Shown: in pieces, positions 47,143-57,356 of the stretch
Numbering within the stretch: position 1 is the stretch's first letter
Layout: each line of letters begins with the position of its first letter
NCBI GenBank assembly: GCA_009693575.1
Contig: SHWZ01000001.1
Location: forward strand, 26,095 to 90,094
Length of the DNA stretch: 64,000 nt
Direction: 5' to 3'
DNA from: Flavobacteriaceae bacterium
GTDB taxonomy: Bacteria > Bacteroidota > Bacteroidia > UKL13-3
The notes under the pieces: generated by a model
Seen by the model: the letters and a program-made list of their open reading frames with translations, nothing else
The model's database searches: none
Told to the model about the DNA's origin: nothing
Made by a program: the position numbers and the translations under genes

Positions 47143-49554
47143 ATGAACAAAATTATTACCCTTGCCTTTGCTGCAATTGCAGGCATCTGTGCTCAGGCTC
47201 AGACCATCCCATTCCCGCTTATCAAGATTGACACCGCCCAGTATGTGAACAGTGGCAAGCTTTCAGTCGAAACAACCATCCCAGATTATGAAAATCCGGT
47301 GTTTCAAAATGCTAAATATGCTGATACTATTCAGATTGAAGGTGTTGTTACATTCGACCCCCACTATTATGGGTTGAGTACAACAAAGTCTAGAATTTCT
47401 GCTTTCATTCAAACAACAGACAGCCTAGGCTGGAACGGCATTGAAGTGATGTTTGATACTAGCTTTTTTGGGAAGGGAGGAAACAACCCTACCAAAGCTG
47501 CATTGCAGAACAGTACCAAATTTTATGACAATTTCCAAGTAGGGCTCACGGTTAAGGTAACAGGAGTCTTGGACAATTTTACAGGAGGTGGCAATACCAA
47601 AACCGGGCACACTCAAATGAAGATCTTGGATTACGAAACGGTGATAACTAATGCGAATACTACGACCATCAAACCAATTGTAACCACCATCGAACAGTTT
47701 ATGAAAAACAACGGCAGCGGTGGCCAAGTGTGGCAGCCAGAAACAGGTGAAAAATATGAAGGCGTGTATGTTGAACTGCGAAATGTGAAGGTGGTTGACA
47801 GAAGTCAAAGCAGCCTACGCTGGAACTGGAGCTTAGCAGATAATTTTGGTAATAAGATTAAAATACGCGATTACAGCGTGTGGATGCGTAACGATAAATA
47901 CTGTGATTGTGCCTTACCGAACGGGTATACATTTGCTCCACCACCGACCAACAGTTTCCTTGAACATGTGCGTGGTATTATTGTAGAAAGCGTGAGTAGT
48001 GCAGGTGTAGCAGAATATTATCTTGCACCGCTTGAAATCAACGACATCGGTTCAATTAATACGTATTCGCCACCACTTATTTCGTTTAGCGGTCGCAGCC
48101 CAAAGGTGCCAACCTCATCGCAAAATGTAACCATTTCGGCTAAGATAACGGATGATACTACTGTGGCTGACGCCTCATTGTATTATTCAGTGAACGGTGG
48201 TGGTTTTACTATGGTGAGTATGGCCAGTAGCGGCAGCAATTATGCTGCTGATATACCCATGCAGGCTAATGGCAGTTTTGTGAAATTTTATATCAAAGCG
48301 GTTGATAATAGCGGCTTCACCAGCTACGCCAACGACACCTTTGGTACTGGGCTTGACTATATGGTAATAGATAATGGTATCACACTGATAAGCGAAATAC
48401 AGCAAACTAATTACAGCAATGGAAACAGTTTTTGGGCTGGCGAAAGACTGCCGATGGATATAAAAGCTGTAGTAACAGCTACTGCAGTTTCGTCGGATGA
48501 TTTAGGTGAAGTTTCCATACAACAAGGCACTGGCCTTTGGAGCGGTATTTTGCTACGCAGCAACACAGGCGATGGACTGAATACTTTGAAACGTGGAGAT
48601 TCCATTTTGATTTCATCCGCATATATCCGCGAGAGTTTCAACTTCACTTACCTAGATTCGCTGAAAGGCAATTATTCGGTACTTTCTTCGGGCAATGCTT
48701 TACCAGGCTTCGTAACTCCGGCTTTTGATAGTGTGGCAAATAAAATATATCAATACACCGAACCCTACGAAGGCATGTTGGTGAAATGGGATAATGTGTT
48801 TGTGACCAGCCAAAATCCGGATGCCCCAAGCAATTTTGGGGAGTTTCTGGTAAATACTGACAGTGCATCAAGCTCAGGTTTCAGAGTTGACGACAAAAGC
48901 CTTGACCTCGGGATTACCTTCAATAAAGATTCTGTAGCATTGGGTCAAAAATTGATGTATATCCAAGGTGTATTTGGCTTTGCAAACGGGCAGTTCAAGT
49001 TGTGGCCACGCAACCGCATGGATATAGATTTGGCCTTGCAGCCTGATAAGATTGCACCCATTATTACCATGCTCGGAAGCTGGATGGACACGGTGATGGA
49101 AAACCAACATTACAACGACCCTGGTGCTACAGCTTTTGACAATAAAGATGGCGACATCACTTCTAAAATAATCCGCAATGGAACGGTGGACAGTACGAAA
49201 GTTGGGACATACTCACTATGCTACAATGTGAGTGACAATGCCGGCAATGCCGCGAACCAAGCTTGCCGCAATGTGTATGTGAAAAAGAATATAGGGATTT
49301 CGACTATGTTCAATATGATACAGACAGCGGTGAAGCTTTATCCAAACCCAGCCCAGAATTTGTTGAATATTGAGAACCAAGAAAAGGCTATCTTTATTCT
49401 TACTGATTTGAACGGGAAGACTATAAACATACTAGGCCAACTTAGTACTGGTATTCATGCAATCAATATTGCTGAACTTCCAAGTGGCCTTTATTTGCTT
49501 CAATCGCAAAATGAAGCGGGTAGGGCAGTAGTGAAGTTTTCTGTAATAAAGTAA
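47143..49554 (+). CDS. Secreted T9SS cargo protein with Ig-like (DUF5011/HYR-like) domain and C-terminal Por sorting domain
   Basis: Signal peptide MNKIITLAFAAIAGICAQA. DUF5011-like block DKIAPIITMLGS...ATAFDNKDGDIT...YSLCYNVSDNAGN. C-terminal CTD KLYPNPAQNLLNIE...LPSGLYLLQSQNEAGRAVVKFSVIK. Confidence 0.7.
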   Translation: MNKIITLAFAAIAGICAQAQTIPFPLIKIDTAQYVNSGKLSVETTIPDYENPVFQNAKYADTIQIEGVVTFDPHYYGLSTTKSRISAFIQTTDSLGWNGIEVMFDTSFFGKGGNNPTKAALQNSTKFYDNFQVGLTVKVTGVLDNFTGGGNTKTGHTQMKILDYETVITNANTTTIKPIVTTIEQFMKNNGSGGQVWQPETGEKYEGVYVELRNVKVVDRSQSSLRWNWSLADNFGNKIKIRDYSVWMRNDKYCDCALPNGYTFAPPPTNSFLEHVRGIIVESVSSAGVAEYYLAPLEINDIGSINTYSPPLISFSGRSPKVPTSSQNVTISAKITDDTTVADASLYYSVNGGGFTMVSMASSGSNYAADIPMQANGSFVKFYIKAVDNSGFTSYANDTFGTGLDYMVIDNGITLISEIQQTNYSNGNSFWAGERLPMDIKAVVTATAVSSDDLGEVSIQQGTGLWSGILLRSNTGDGLNTLKRGDSILISSAYIRESFNFTYLDSLKGNYSVLSSGNALPGFVTPAFDSVANKIYQYTEPYEGMLVKWDNVFVTSQNPDAPSNFGEFLVNTDSASSSGFRVDDKSLDLGITFNKDSVALGQKLMYIQGVFGFANGQFKLWPRNRMDIDLALQPDKIAPIITMLGSWMDTVMENQHYNDPGATAFDNKDGDITSKIIRNGTVDSTKVGTYSLCYNVSDNAGNAANQACRNVYVKKNIGISTMFNMIQTAVKLYPNPAQNLLNIENQEKAIFILTDLNGKTINILGQLSTGIHAINIAELPSGLYLLQSQNEAGRAVVKFSVIK

Positions 49555-49749
49555 ATTATAGAAAATGTTTGCAATTTTTAATTGAACGACATTGCACAAC
49601 AAACATTTCATCCACTATTTCAAGTAGTTCGGGTTGATGTGAAAGGGTTTAAAGAGCCAACCCAGTCTAAACTGGAGACTCCAACAATAGACAGTGAATG
49701 AAAAGACACCGACCATGAATCAAAATCGCTTAAAAATAAATTTTTCCTA

Positions 49750-50154
49750 ATGATGATTAAAAAATTAACTGATGAGCAAATTGCTATTGCAAATCAGTTT
49801 CAAGCTCACATTGATGCTGAAATTGAAGGTGATTTAGCTACACCCCTTGCTACTATGGTAACTAACCCGCATCTCAATAATATACCTACCATGATTGGTG
49901 GGGTTGGTTATGAAGGTGTAAAGAATTTTTATAGTAGTCTTATTCCATTTAATAGGTTCTTTCCACCAGATCTTGAAATGGTATCAGTTTCGAACACAAT
50001 TGACCAAAATCAATTGGTTGATGAAATACTTTTTAAATTTACACATACTACTGAAGTTGGATGGATGTTACCTAATATCTTCCCCACTGGAAAGCGAGTT
50101 GAAATTCCTTTGGTGGTTATAGTTGGATTTAAGGACGGGAAAGTTACTCATTAA
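49750..50154 (+). CDS. NTF2-like/SnoaL-like (ketosteroid-isomerase-fold) protein, apparently truncated by an in-frame TAA
   Basis: 134 aa ending ...VGFKDGKVTH-TAA. The same frame continues HIYWDQASVLVQIGLLDSKGLPVHGVETAQRIKIYTL to a TGA at 50266-50268, which overlaps the ATG of the next gene. Confidence 0.5.
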   Translation: MMIKKLTDEQIAIANQFQAHIDAEIEGDLATPLATMVTNPHLNNIPTMIGGVGYEGVKNFYSSLIPFNRFFPPDLEMVSVSNTIDQNQLVDEILFKFTHTTEVGWMLPNIFPTGKRVEIPLVVIVGFKDGKVTH

Positions 50155-50264
50155 CACATCTATTGGGATCAAGCAAGTGTACTTGTCCAAATTGGTTTGC
50201 TAGACTCTAAAGGATTGCCTGTTCATGGTGTTGAAACTGCTCAACGAATTAAAATATATACATT

Positions 50265-50645
50265 ATGACACCAGCACAAAAATTAGTACCCAAATGGATA
50301 TTTATTGTTTCAGCACTTTTTGCAGTAATGGAAGTTGTGGTAAGTGTACAAATATGCTTTTCAACGCAATCGGTTTCGGAGACAATTGACTTGAATGCAA
50401 AAGGGGTTGACTACTTAATTTATTTGTGGGCTTCCCGTCAATTTGCCCTTGGTTTTATTGTAGCTTTTGCCACATTCAAAAAATCAATTCCCATGCTCAC
50501 CATTGCCTATATTTTCTTTTTGGTTATGTTTGTTGGCGACTTTTTTATTGGAATTTCACAAAAAGAAAATGTCCTTATGTATAGTGCATTAGTCATGTGT
50601 GCTATTTCTTCAGCCATGATTGTTGCACTCAATAGGCGGAAATGA
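50265..50645 (+). CDS. Small hypothetical membrane protein (4 TM)
   Basis: 126 aa with four hydrophobic helices. Start overlaps the stop of the extended upstream reading frame (ATGA). Confidence 0.4.
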   Translation: MTPAQKLVPKWIFIVSALFAVMEVVVSVQICFSTQSVSETIDLNAKGVDYLIYLWASRQFALGFIVAFATFKKSIPMLTIAYIFFLVMFVGDFFIGISQKENVLMYSALVMCAISSAMIVALNRRK

Positions 50646-50709
50646 TTTGTGCAGGTGCTGTTTTTTCCTTTTGACAGCTATCGAACCCACTATTACTTAA
50701 ATTTGTACT

Positions 50710-51429
50710 ATGCAACGTTTTTATACTTCTGGTGTTTTAAAAAAAAATGATTTCCTGCTTGAGGAAAGCGAAAGCCATCATGCTCTGAAGGTCTTGCGGC
50801 ACAAGGCGGGGGATGTGTTACAGGTGGTGGATGGCCTTGGACATTTGTTCCAATGTGAACTAATTGGAGAAGAAACAAAGCAATGCCGCCTAAGGGTGAT
50901 GGAAACTTTTTTTACAAAAAAAACAAGCCCCGAAATACATATTGCGGTAGCCCCAACTAAGCAAATTGAACGTATGGAATGGATGACGGAGAAATTGACC
51001 GAATTGGGGATTGCGGGCATTCATTTCATCATCACCGAACGCACTGAACGGCCACGATTGAAAATGGAGCGGTTGAAGAAGACTGCTATATCGGCCATGA
51101 AGCAATGTCAACGGCTATGGTTGCCTGAAATTGAGGAAGCTATGCCATTTTTGAAATTCATTGAACAAGCTAAAACTGATAGGAAAATGATTGCACATTG
51201 TTCATCAACTAAAGCAGGCGATAATGAAGGTATGATCTCTCACATCCCAGCTTCCTTCTCCCTGCATACTGCTCACATCCTCCTCCTCATTGGACCTGAG
51301 GGGGATTTTACCAAACAAGAGATTGACTTGGCCTTAGCCAATAGTTTTACCCCCGTCTCATTAGGACAAAATATCCTGCGGACAGAGACAGCAGCCACAG
51401 CTGCAGCTGCTTTGCTTTGCATTCGATAG
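50710..51429 (+). CDS. rsmE: 16S rRNA (uracil1498-N3)-methyltransferase RsmE
   Basis: MQRFYTS...ESHHALKVLRHKAGDVLQVVDGLG PUA-like N-terminus. C-terminal SPOUT region LLIGPEGDFT. Confidence 0.85.
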   Translation: MQRFYTSGVLKKNDFLLEESESHHALKVLRHKAGDVLQVVDGLGHLFQCELIGEETKQCRLRVMETFFTKKTSPEIHIAVAPTKQIERMEWMTEKLTELGIAGIHFIITERTERPRLKMERLKKTAISAMKQCQRLWLPEIEEAMPFLKFIEQAKTDRKMIAHCSSTKAGDNEGMISHIPASFSLHTAHILLLIGPEGDFTKQEIDLALANSFTPVSLGQNILRTETAATAAAALLCIR

Positions 51430-51546
51430 GTGTGTTTTTTCGTTACATTTTCTAGTATTTTGATACTAAGTGCAACTAAAATTGCAATAAAGTGTCTGAT
51501 TGTAAAAATAATAGTACCTTTACCCCCAAAATTAAAACCTAATACA

Positions 51547-54500
51547 ATGAAGCAATTCTTTAGCTTAATCACGGCTCTCTTTTTTTTAGCCAATGGCTTG
51601 CAACACACAAGTGCTCAAGTTTATTGTATGCCAAGCTATACAGGACATGGCAATCAGTTTACTGGTGTGGCAAATGTGGCTGATGCTTTTTTTACCCATA
51701 TCCGCAACGTGAAATTTTCGGACATAAACCACACTACGGGAGCACCTACCTACTACGGAACTGTAGCCTACAAAGATTACACCTACGATACTGGATTTGT
51801 AGCTAAGGGTGGCACCTACATTCTCAGTATTTGGCTAGGCAATGGTGCCAACTCTCAGACTTGTGCTGTGTGGATCGACTATAATCAAAACCAAGTGTTC
51901 GAAGCCTCTGAACGGATTTTTTCGGCCTTTGACCCACAGAACCAAGGAAGTCACATTGTAGGCGGAAAAATAACTATACCCGCTGGGGCTAAAACAGGAA
52001 CAACTATGATGCGTGTGGGCACGAGGCTAAACAATGGAATGCCTGACCCTTGTGTGAACAATGACCCTAATGCCAGCACCAACAACTGGTCGCAGGATTT
52101 TCATGATTATACAATCCAAGTTCAAACTCCAACTACTCAAAGTTTCTTGAGCTGTACCACCAACCGCAACGTGTTTGACGAGGTGACAATGGGCAGCACC
52201 GACAACTTGATTATGGGGATAGAAGTGACCACCAACTCTGCCGGAACCCTAAGCCCATTGACAGCAGGCTATTTAACTTTCAACACATTAGGAACTACCA
52301 ATCCAACTGAACTTGCTGCTGCGAAACTGTATTACACTGGGCAAAATCCCAATTTCAATATCCTGAACCAAGTAGGTAGCACCAAGGCAAATCCCAATGG
52401 CACCTATACCATAAACGCAAATACTAAACTAAATGCTGGCACTAACTTCTTCTGGCTCGTGTACGATATCGCAGGTTCTGCAGTGATTGGTAACGACCTT
52501 TCGAGTCGCTGCCCAAAGATTCAAGTTTCAGGCATTGACAGATATCCTGTTGTGACAAGCCCTACCGGCGTAAGAAAAATTGGGTATTGTATATCTAAAG
52601 GTTCTCAAATGAATTTTATTGGAGTATGGGGGGTTAGGTTAGGAAGCATTGTCAACAATACATTCGGGCAACAATTTTCACCATATACTTACTATGCTAA
52701 TTTGCGAGACACCCTGGCACGCGGAACATCAGATACACTTACTGTTCAGGTTGGAAATGGTATTAATGCTGCAAAGCTGAAAGCGTGGATTGACTTCAAT
52801 AGGGATGGTGATTTTACGGATGCTGGGGAGCTTATTATGGATTCATTTAATTTCCAAAATAATCAAGCAAATACATCATACCCATTTATTAAAAAAGGAT
52901 TTTCAATTCCCGCCAACGCAGTGGTTGGCACTACCCGTATGCGTGTATCTACCCAGCAGTATAATGCAGCCAAAGCATTCACATCTTGCACGAATCCTAC
53001 TGACATAGGTGAGGTAGAAGATTATAGTATAATTATCAGTGCACCAGGCGAACCAGTTGCCGATTTTAAATCCTCTATTTCATGCTTGGGTGGTGTCACA
53101 GACTTTTATGATGGTAGTTATACTTTCGATACATTCCAAGTGAATAGTTGGGATTGGGATTTCGGAGAACCAGCATCGGGATCAAATACTTCATCACAGC
53201 AAAACCCATCGCATACCTACGCAGCTGGTGGGGTGTATAATGTAAAATTGAAGGTTGGCAGTAATAAAAGTGGCAGCACTCCGCAAAGCATTACCAAAGC
53301 TGTTTTGGTAGAAGAACCTGTTGCCGATTTTAATTATTATCCACCTGTGTTTCAGGTGCCAGTATCCTTTTATGATAATTCATCAGGTGGTTCTATGATG
53401 GCATGGAGCTGGGATTTTGGAGATTTGCAATCTGCATTTAACACCTCGGGCAAACCGAATCCTACACATACATTTGATACCGCTGGCACCTATACCGTTA
53501 CACTTATTGTAATCACATCAGGCGGTTGTCAGGATACCATTGTAAAGCAAGTGACCATTTTGCAACATCAAGTGCCGATTGCTGATTTCACCGCACATAC
53601 TTTCACCCCATACATTGGTGCAGCTAATGACCTCACTGACCAATCGGTAAACTCGCCCGGCAACTGGAAGTGGACTATTACTCCAAATAAATACAAGTAC
53701 TTGAATAGTACCAACGACAGCAGCCAAAACCCAACCGTATCGTTTGACTCACTCACTACTTATACTGTTTTTCTGGAAGCTAAAAATCCAGCAGGAAGCC
53801 ACACTGCCAGCAAAACATTTACAACTAAAAATTACACAGCACCAAAGACTTGGTTGGCTGCTACACCAACCGTAGCAAGGGTTGGCGAGCAAATTTCGTT
53901 TATTGATAGTAGCGACAATGATCCAACTGCTTGGGAATGGCAGTTTGGCGATACTACAGGTTTGATTCAATCTACTGTGCAGTACCCTACGCATAGTTAT
54001 AATAAAGCAGGAAGTTACACAGTGCAGCTAAAAGCAAGCAATCCTGCTGGTGTTGATAGTGCTAGTAGGGCCCAATACATCACAGTGACGAATGGATTTA
54101 ATATGTGCGATAATACTGCAACCACAACTGCTACCACCGCAGGATTGATATGCGATAGCGGTGGCCCAAATGCCAACTACAATGATGGGAGTAATTGTGG
54201 ATTCCTCATTAAGCCAAACTGTTCAGGTAAAATAGTTCTAGCATTTACGAAGTTTGATATGATGGCAAACGACCTACTAAAAGTGTATGATGGAGAGGAC
54301 GACATTACTGGCAAGCCACTTCACACAGGAAATGGGTTTACGGGTAATGCCATTCCTGGTACATTTGTTTGCACAAGTGGAGCAATATTTATTAAAGAAA
54401 TTACTGACGGAACGGGGAACAGTTCAGGCTTTGCTGCAAGTTGGACTGCATTTGTAAATCAAATTCCTAATCCTAAAATTCTAAATGACTCTGTATGGTA

Positions 54501-57288
54501 TGTAAATAGTCCATTAACTATAAAAAATGGAACAACCCTTGGAGCCGGCAATAGGTATGAATGGGACTTTGAAAATGATGGTGTAGTGGATGACACTATA
54601 AGTATTTCACCCAAAATAATCTATCCTGTCGTTGGAAAATATTCCATCAAATTATTGGTGTCAAACTGCATAGGAAAAGATAGTGTTTACTTTACAGTAA
54701 ATATTAAAACTCCAACTCAAGTGCCTGTTGCCAATTTTGTGGCCGACCGTGATACCGTTTTGCCTATCGATGAGATACAGCTGACTGACCTAACCACAAA
54801 TGGACCGAGTTCTTGGTTTTGGGAGTTTACCCCTGCTGGGCATGAGTTCTACCCGTTGGGCGAGAATGAATTTACTCAAAGTCCACGCATCGGCTTTGTT
54901 GACCCAGGAAACTATAGCGTATGTCTTACCAGTACCAATTCAATTGGAAATAGCCAAAAAGTATGTAAAACAAATTACATAGTGGTGAAAGAGAAAATGT
55001 ATATGTGTGTATTTCCATATAGCAGCAATGTGGCAGCAGGAAAATTTGTAGACGAGGGCGATGTAAACAATGGATATAATGACAACAGCAGTTGTGATAT
55101 GCTACTTAACCCATGTGCTGAGGAATTGTATCTAAACTTTAAGAGCTTCGACCTTGGCAGTGGCGATTATCTACGTATTTACGATGGCTCCGACCTAAGT
55201 GGAATTCCATTGTTCAGTGGTTCGGGATACACTGGAACGACCATACCAGGGCCATTTACATCGTATACTGGCAATTTGTTTATTGAATTCACCTCGGATG
55301 CAAGTGTGCGTGGCCAAGGCTGGGAAGCTGAATGGACCAGTAAAGCTCCAGCAGCAGCTAATGCTTCTTTTACTTCACCAGCAATAGTATATGCTAATGG
55401 CTTCAATTATTTCAAAAATACCACAGCAGGTGGCAAGGGGCTAAGCTATGAATGGTATGTGGACGGTAACTTAGAATCCAATGTTAGGAATTTTGATTTT
55501 CGTGGATTTTCTGCTGGCTCACACACTGTGCTTTTGATTGTGGCCAATTGCCTTGGTGCTGATTCGGCCATGGTGACAGTGAATGCAATTAATGCTACCA
55601 CAAAACCAACCGTTGATTATACTGTTGATATTCAAAACCCCGATACGCAGCAAGTGATTGCTTTCATGGATAAGAGTACCAATGGTCCCAATTCTTGGGC
55701 TTGGACAATAACACCTTCCTCTGGGGTGAATTGGTTGAATGGTGATACTCTGCCCTATCCAATGGTGTCATTTACTGATACTGGCTGGTACGAGGTATGC
55801 CTCACTGCTTCCAACGGAATTGGTTCAGATAAGCTATGTCAAACGAACTACATACATGTGTTGGGCTATTGCAAACCAGGACCAGGCACAAGCCAAAGTG
55901 TTGGCATAACCAAATTGATTCTGAACGGATTTAGCAACAATACACCTATTGATGTTGGCTATGCTGATTACACTAACCAAGGAACTATTACTACACTTGA
56001 AAGAAGGTCATCATATACGATTACTCTCGAGAAGAACATAGCTGGGACTAATCAAAATTGGAGAGCCTGGATGGACTGGAACCGTGATGGCGACTTTCTT
56101 GATGCTGGCGAACAGGTATTGAGCCAGCCTTCTACAAGCAACCTTTCTGTGACTTCAAGTTTCAAAGTGCCGAATGTATCACTTGGCCAAGTGCGTCTGC
56201 GGGTGAGTGCCAGTTATGTGGCCAATGCGAATACCCCTTGTTTTGTGAGCTTTGGTGATGTGGAAGATTATTTGTTAGACTTGGGCGATGACAAAACAAA
56301 GCCTGTAATTACCATATTAGGAAACAATCCTGAGCAACTAGAACAAGGCTACAACTACACCGATGCCGGTGCAACTGCTCAGGACAATGTGGATGGAAAT
56401 ATTACCACAGCCATCGTGTCCACTAGTAATGTGAACAATATGGTGATTGGAAATTATCAAGTGAAATATACTGTGAGTGACTCAGCCGGAAACAAGGCCG
56501 ATGAAGCCATTAGGGACGTAGAAGTAACTGCTGATATTACTGGTCCATCCATTGCTCTGGTAGGTAAAGATACAGAGATGATACAAGTATTTTATACCTT
56601 TACTGAAAAGGGCTATATATCCAACGACTTGGTAGATGGAAACACTACTGCCTTGGTGATAGTAACTGGAACGGTGGATACTACGAAGCTAGGTTTCTAT
56701 TCCAAAATATACAGTGTGACCGACAGCAAGGGGAATACCCGCAATAAAACACGCGTAATAGAAGTGAAAGATACCATGCGGCCAACTATTATCTTAATTG
56801 GTACGGACACTGTGAAGTTGACGTTCAATACAACTTGGAACGACCCTGGCACCACTGTTACCGACAATTACGACCTTGGCCTCGCTGCCACTGTTATAGG
56901 CACAGTGAACAACAATTTGAAAGGATTCTATACCCTCACATATACCGCCGAAGACCTAAGCGGAAACAAGGCTCAAAGTAAAAAACGTGTGGTGGAAGTT
57001 GAATATGCACTTGGCGTTTCTAATGTGCTAAATGCAAACAATATTACCTTGTATCCAAACCCTGCCAAGCAAATGGCATATTTAGAAGTGAACCTGCCCG
57101 ACGATATGAAAAATCAAGTAAACCTTTGCCTGATGAATGCACTTGGTCAATGTGTGTTGAATACCGGCCCACAGCAGTTGCAAGGTTCACGCTACATCAT
57201 CAACCTCGATGGCATGGCAGCAGGCATGTACCTCGTTCAGGTAAGCAATGGCAAGGAAATTTACACCCTAAAACTGGTGAAAGAATAA
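51547..57288 (+). CDS. Giant secreted multidomain T9SS cargo protein (GEVED, PKD, CUB-like, DUF5011/Ig-like repeats, C-terminal Por sorting domain)
   Basis: True start MKQFFSLITALFFLANGLQHTSAQ at 51547 (signal peptide); the tool ORF begins 39 codons upstream. Three GEVED-type blocks (...DIGEVEDYSII, ...FGDVEDYLLD). PKD-like WDWDFGEP/WSWDFGD units. Two CUB-like modules (CGFLIKPNCSGKIVLAFTKFDMMANDLLKVYDGED; CDMLLNPCAEELYLNFKSFDLGSGDYLRIYDGSD). Three tandem DUF5011 repeats (KPVITILGN..., GPSIALVGKD..., RPTIILIGTD...). CTD ...ITLYPNPAKQMAYLEVNL...GMYLVQVSNGKEIYTLKLVKE. Confidence 0.8.
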   Translation: MKQFFSLITALFFLANGLQHTSAQVYCMPSYTGHGNQFTGVANVADAFFTHIRNVKFSDINHTTGAPTYYGTVAYKDYTYDTGFVAKGGTYILSIWLGNGANSQTCAVWIDYNQNQVFEASERIFSAFDPQNQGSHIVGGKITIPAGAKTGTTMMRVGTRLNNGMPDPCVNNDPNASTNNWSQDFHDYTIQVQTPTTQSFLSCTTNRNVFDEVTMGSTDNLIMGIEVTTNSAGTLSPLTAGYLTFNTLGTTNPTELAAAKLYYTGQNPNFNILNQVGSTKANPNGTYTINANTKLNAGTNFFWLVYDIAGSAVIGNDLSSRCPKIQVSGIDRYPVVTSPTGVRKIGYCISKGSQMNFIGVWGVRLGSIVNNTFGQQFSPYTYYANLRDTLARGTSDTLTVQVGNGINAAKLKAWIDFNRDGDFTDAGELIMDSFNFQNNQANTSYPFIKKGFSIPANAVVGTTRMRVSTQQYNAAKAFTSCTNPTDIGEVEDYSIIISAPGEPVADFKSSISCLGGVTDFYDGSYTFDTFQVNSWDWDFGEPASGSNTSSQQNPSHTYAAGGVYNVKLKVGSNKSGSTPQSITKAVLVEEPVADFNYYPPVFQVPVSFYDNSSGGSMMAWSWDFGDLQSAFNTSGKPNPTHTFDTAGTYTVTLIVITSGGCQDTIVKQVTILQHQVPIADFTAHTFTPYIGAANDLTDQSVNSPGNWKWTITPNKYKYLNSTNDSSQNPTVSFDSLTTYTVFLEAKNPAGSHTASKTFTTKNYTAPKTWLAATPTVARVGEQISFIDSSDNDPTAWEWQFGDTTGLIQSTVQYPTHSYNKAGSYTVQLKASNPAGVDSASRAQYITVTNGFNMCDNTATTTATTAGLICDSGGPNANYNDGSNCGFLIKPNCSGKIVLAFTKFDMMANDLLKVYDGEDDITGKPLHTGNGFTGNAIPGTFVCTSGAIFIKEITDGTGNSSGFAASWTAFVNQIPNPKILNDSVWYVNSPLTIKNGTTLGAGNRYEWDFENDGVVDDTISISPKIIYPVVGKYSIKLLVSNCIGKDSVYFTVNIKTPTQVPVANFVADRDTVLPIDEIQLTDLTTNGPSSWFWEFTPAGHEFYPLGENEFTQSPRIGFVDPGNYSVCLTSTNSIGNSQKVCKTNYIVVKEKMYMCVFPYSSNVAAGKFVDEGDVNNGYNDNSSCDMLLNPCAEELYLNFKSFDLGSGDYLRIYDGSDLSGIPLFSGSGYTGTTIPGPFTSYTGNLFIEFTSDASVRGQGWEAEWTSKAPAAANASFTSPAIVYANGFNYFKNTTAGGKGLSYEWYVDGNLESNVRNFDFRGFSAGSHTVLLIVANCLGADSAMVTVNAINATTKPTVDYTVDIQNPDTQQVIAFMDKSTNGPNSWAWTITPSSGVNWLNGDTLPYPMVSFTDTGWYEVCLTASNGIGSDKLCQTNYIHVLGYCKPGPGTSQSVGITKLILNGFSNNTPIDVGYADYTNQGTITTLERRSSYTITLEKNIAGTNQNWRAWMDWNRDGDFLDAGEQVLSQPSTSNLSVTSSFKVPNVSLGQVRLRVSASYVANANTPCFVSFGDVEDYLLDLGDDKTKPVITILGNNPEQLEQGYNYTDAGATAQDNVDGNITTAIVSTSNVNNMVIGNYQVKYTVSDSAGNKADEAIRDVEVTADITGPSIALVGKDTEMIQVFYTFTEKGYISNDLVDGNTTALVIVTGTVDTTKLGFYSKIYSVTDSKGNTRNKTRVIEVKDTMRPTIILIGTDTVKLTFNTTWNDPGTTVTDNYDLGLAATVIGTVNNNLKGFYTLTYTAEDLSGNKAQSKKRVVEVEYALGVSNVLNANNITLYPNPAKQMAYLEVNLPDDMKNQVNLCLMNALGQCVLNTGPQQLQGSRYIINLDGMAAGMYLVQVSNGKEIYTLKLVKE

Positions 57289-57310
57289 CTTATACTGTAT
57301 CTCAAACAGA

Positions 57311-57337
57311 AAACCGCCTAAAATTGGCGGTTTTTTT
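57311..57337 (+). terminator. Rho-independent terminator after the giant gene
   Basis: aaaccgcc-taaaatt-ggcggttttttt. Confidence 0.65.
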
Positions 57338-57356
57338 GTTTCTTTGTCCCTCTTTT

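Noticed and set aside
57126-57356. Upstream extension of the FkbM methyltransferase ORF into the giant gene
   Set aside because: It overlaps the 3' end and terminator of the 1952-aa gene, and a clean ATG follows the terminator.
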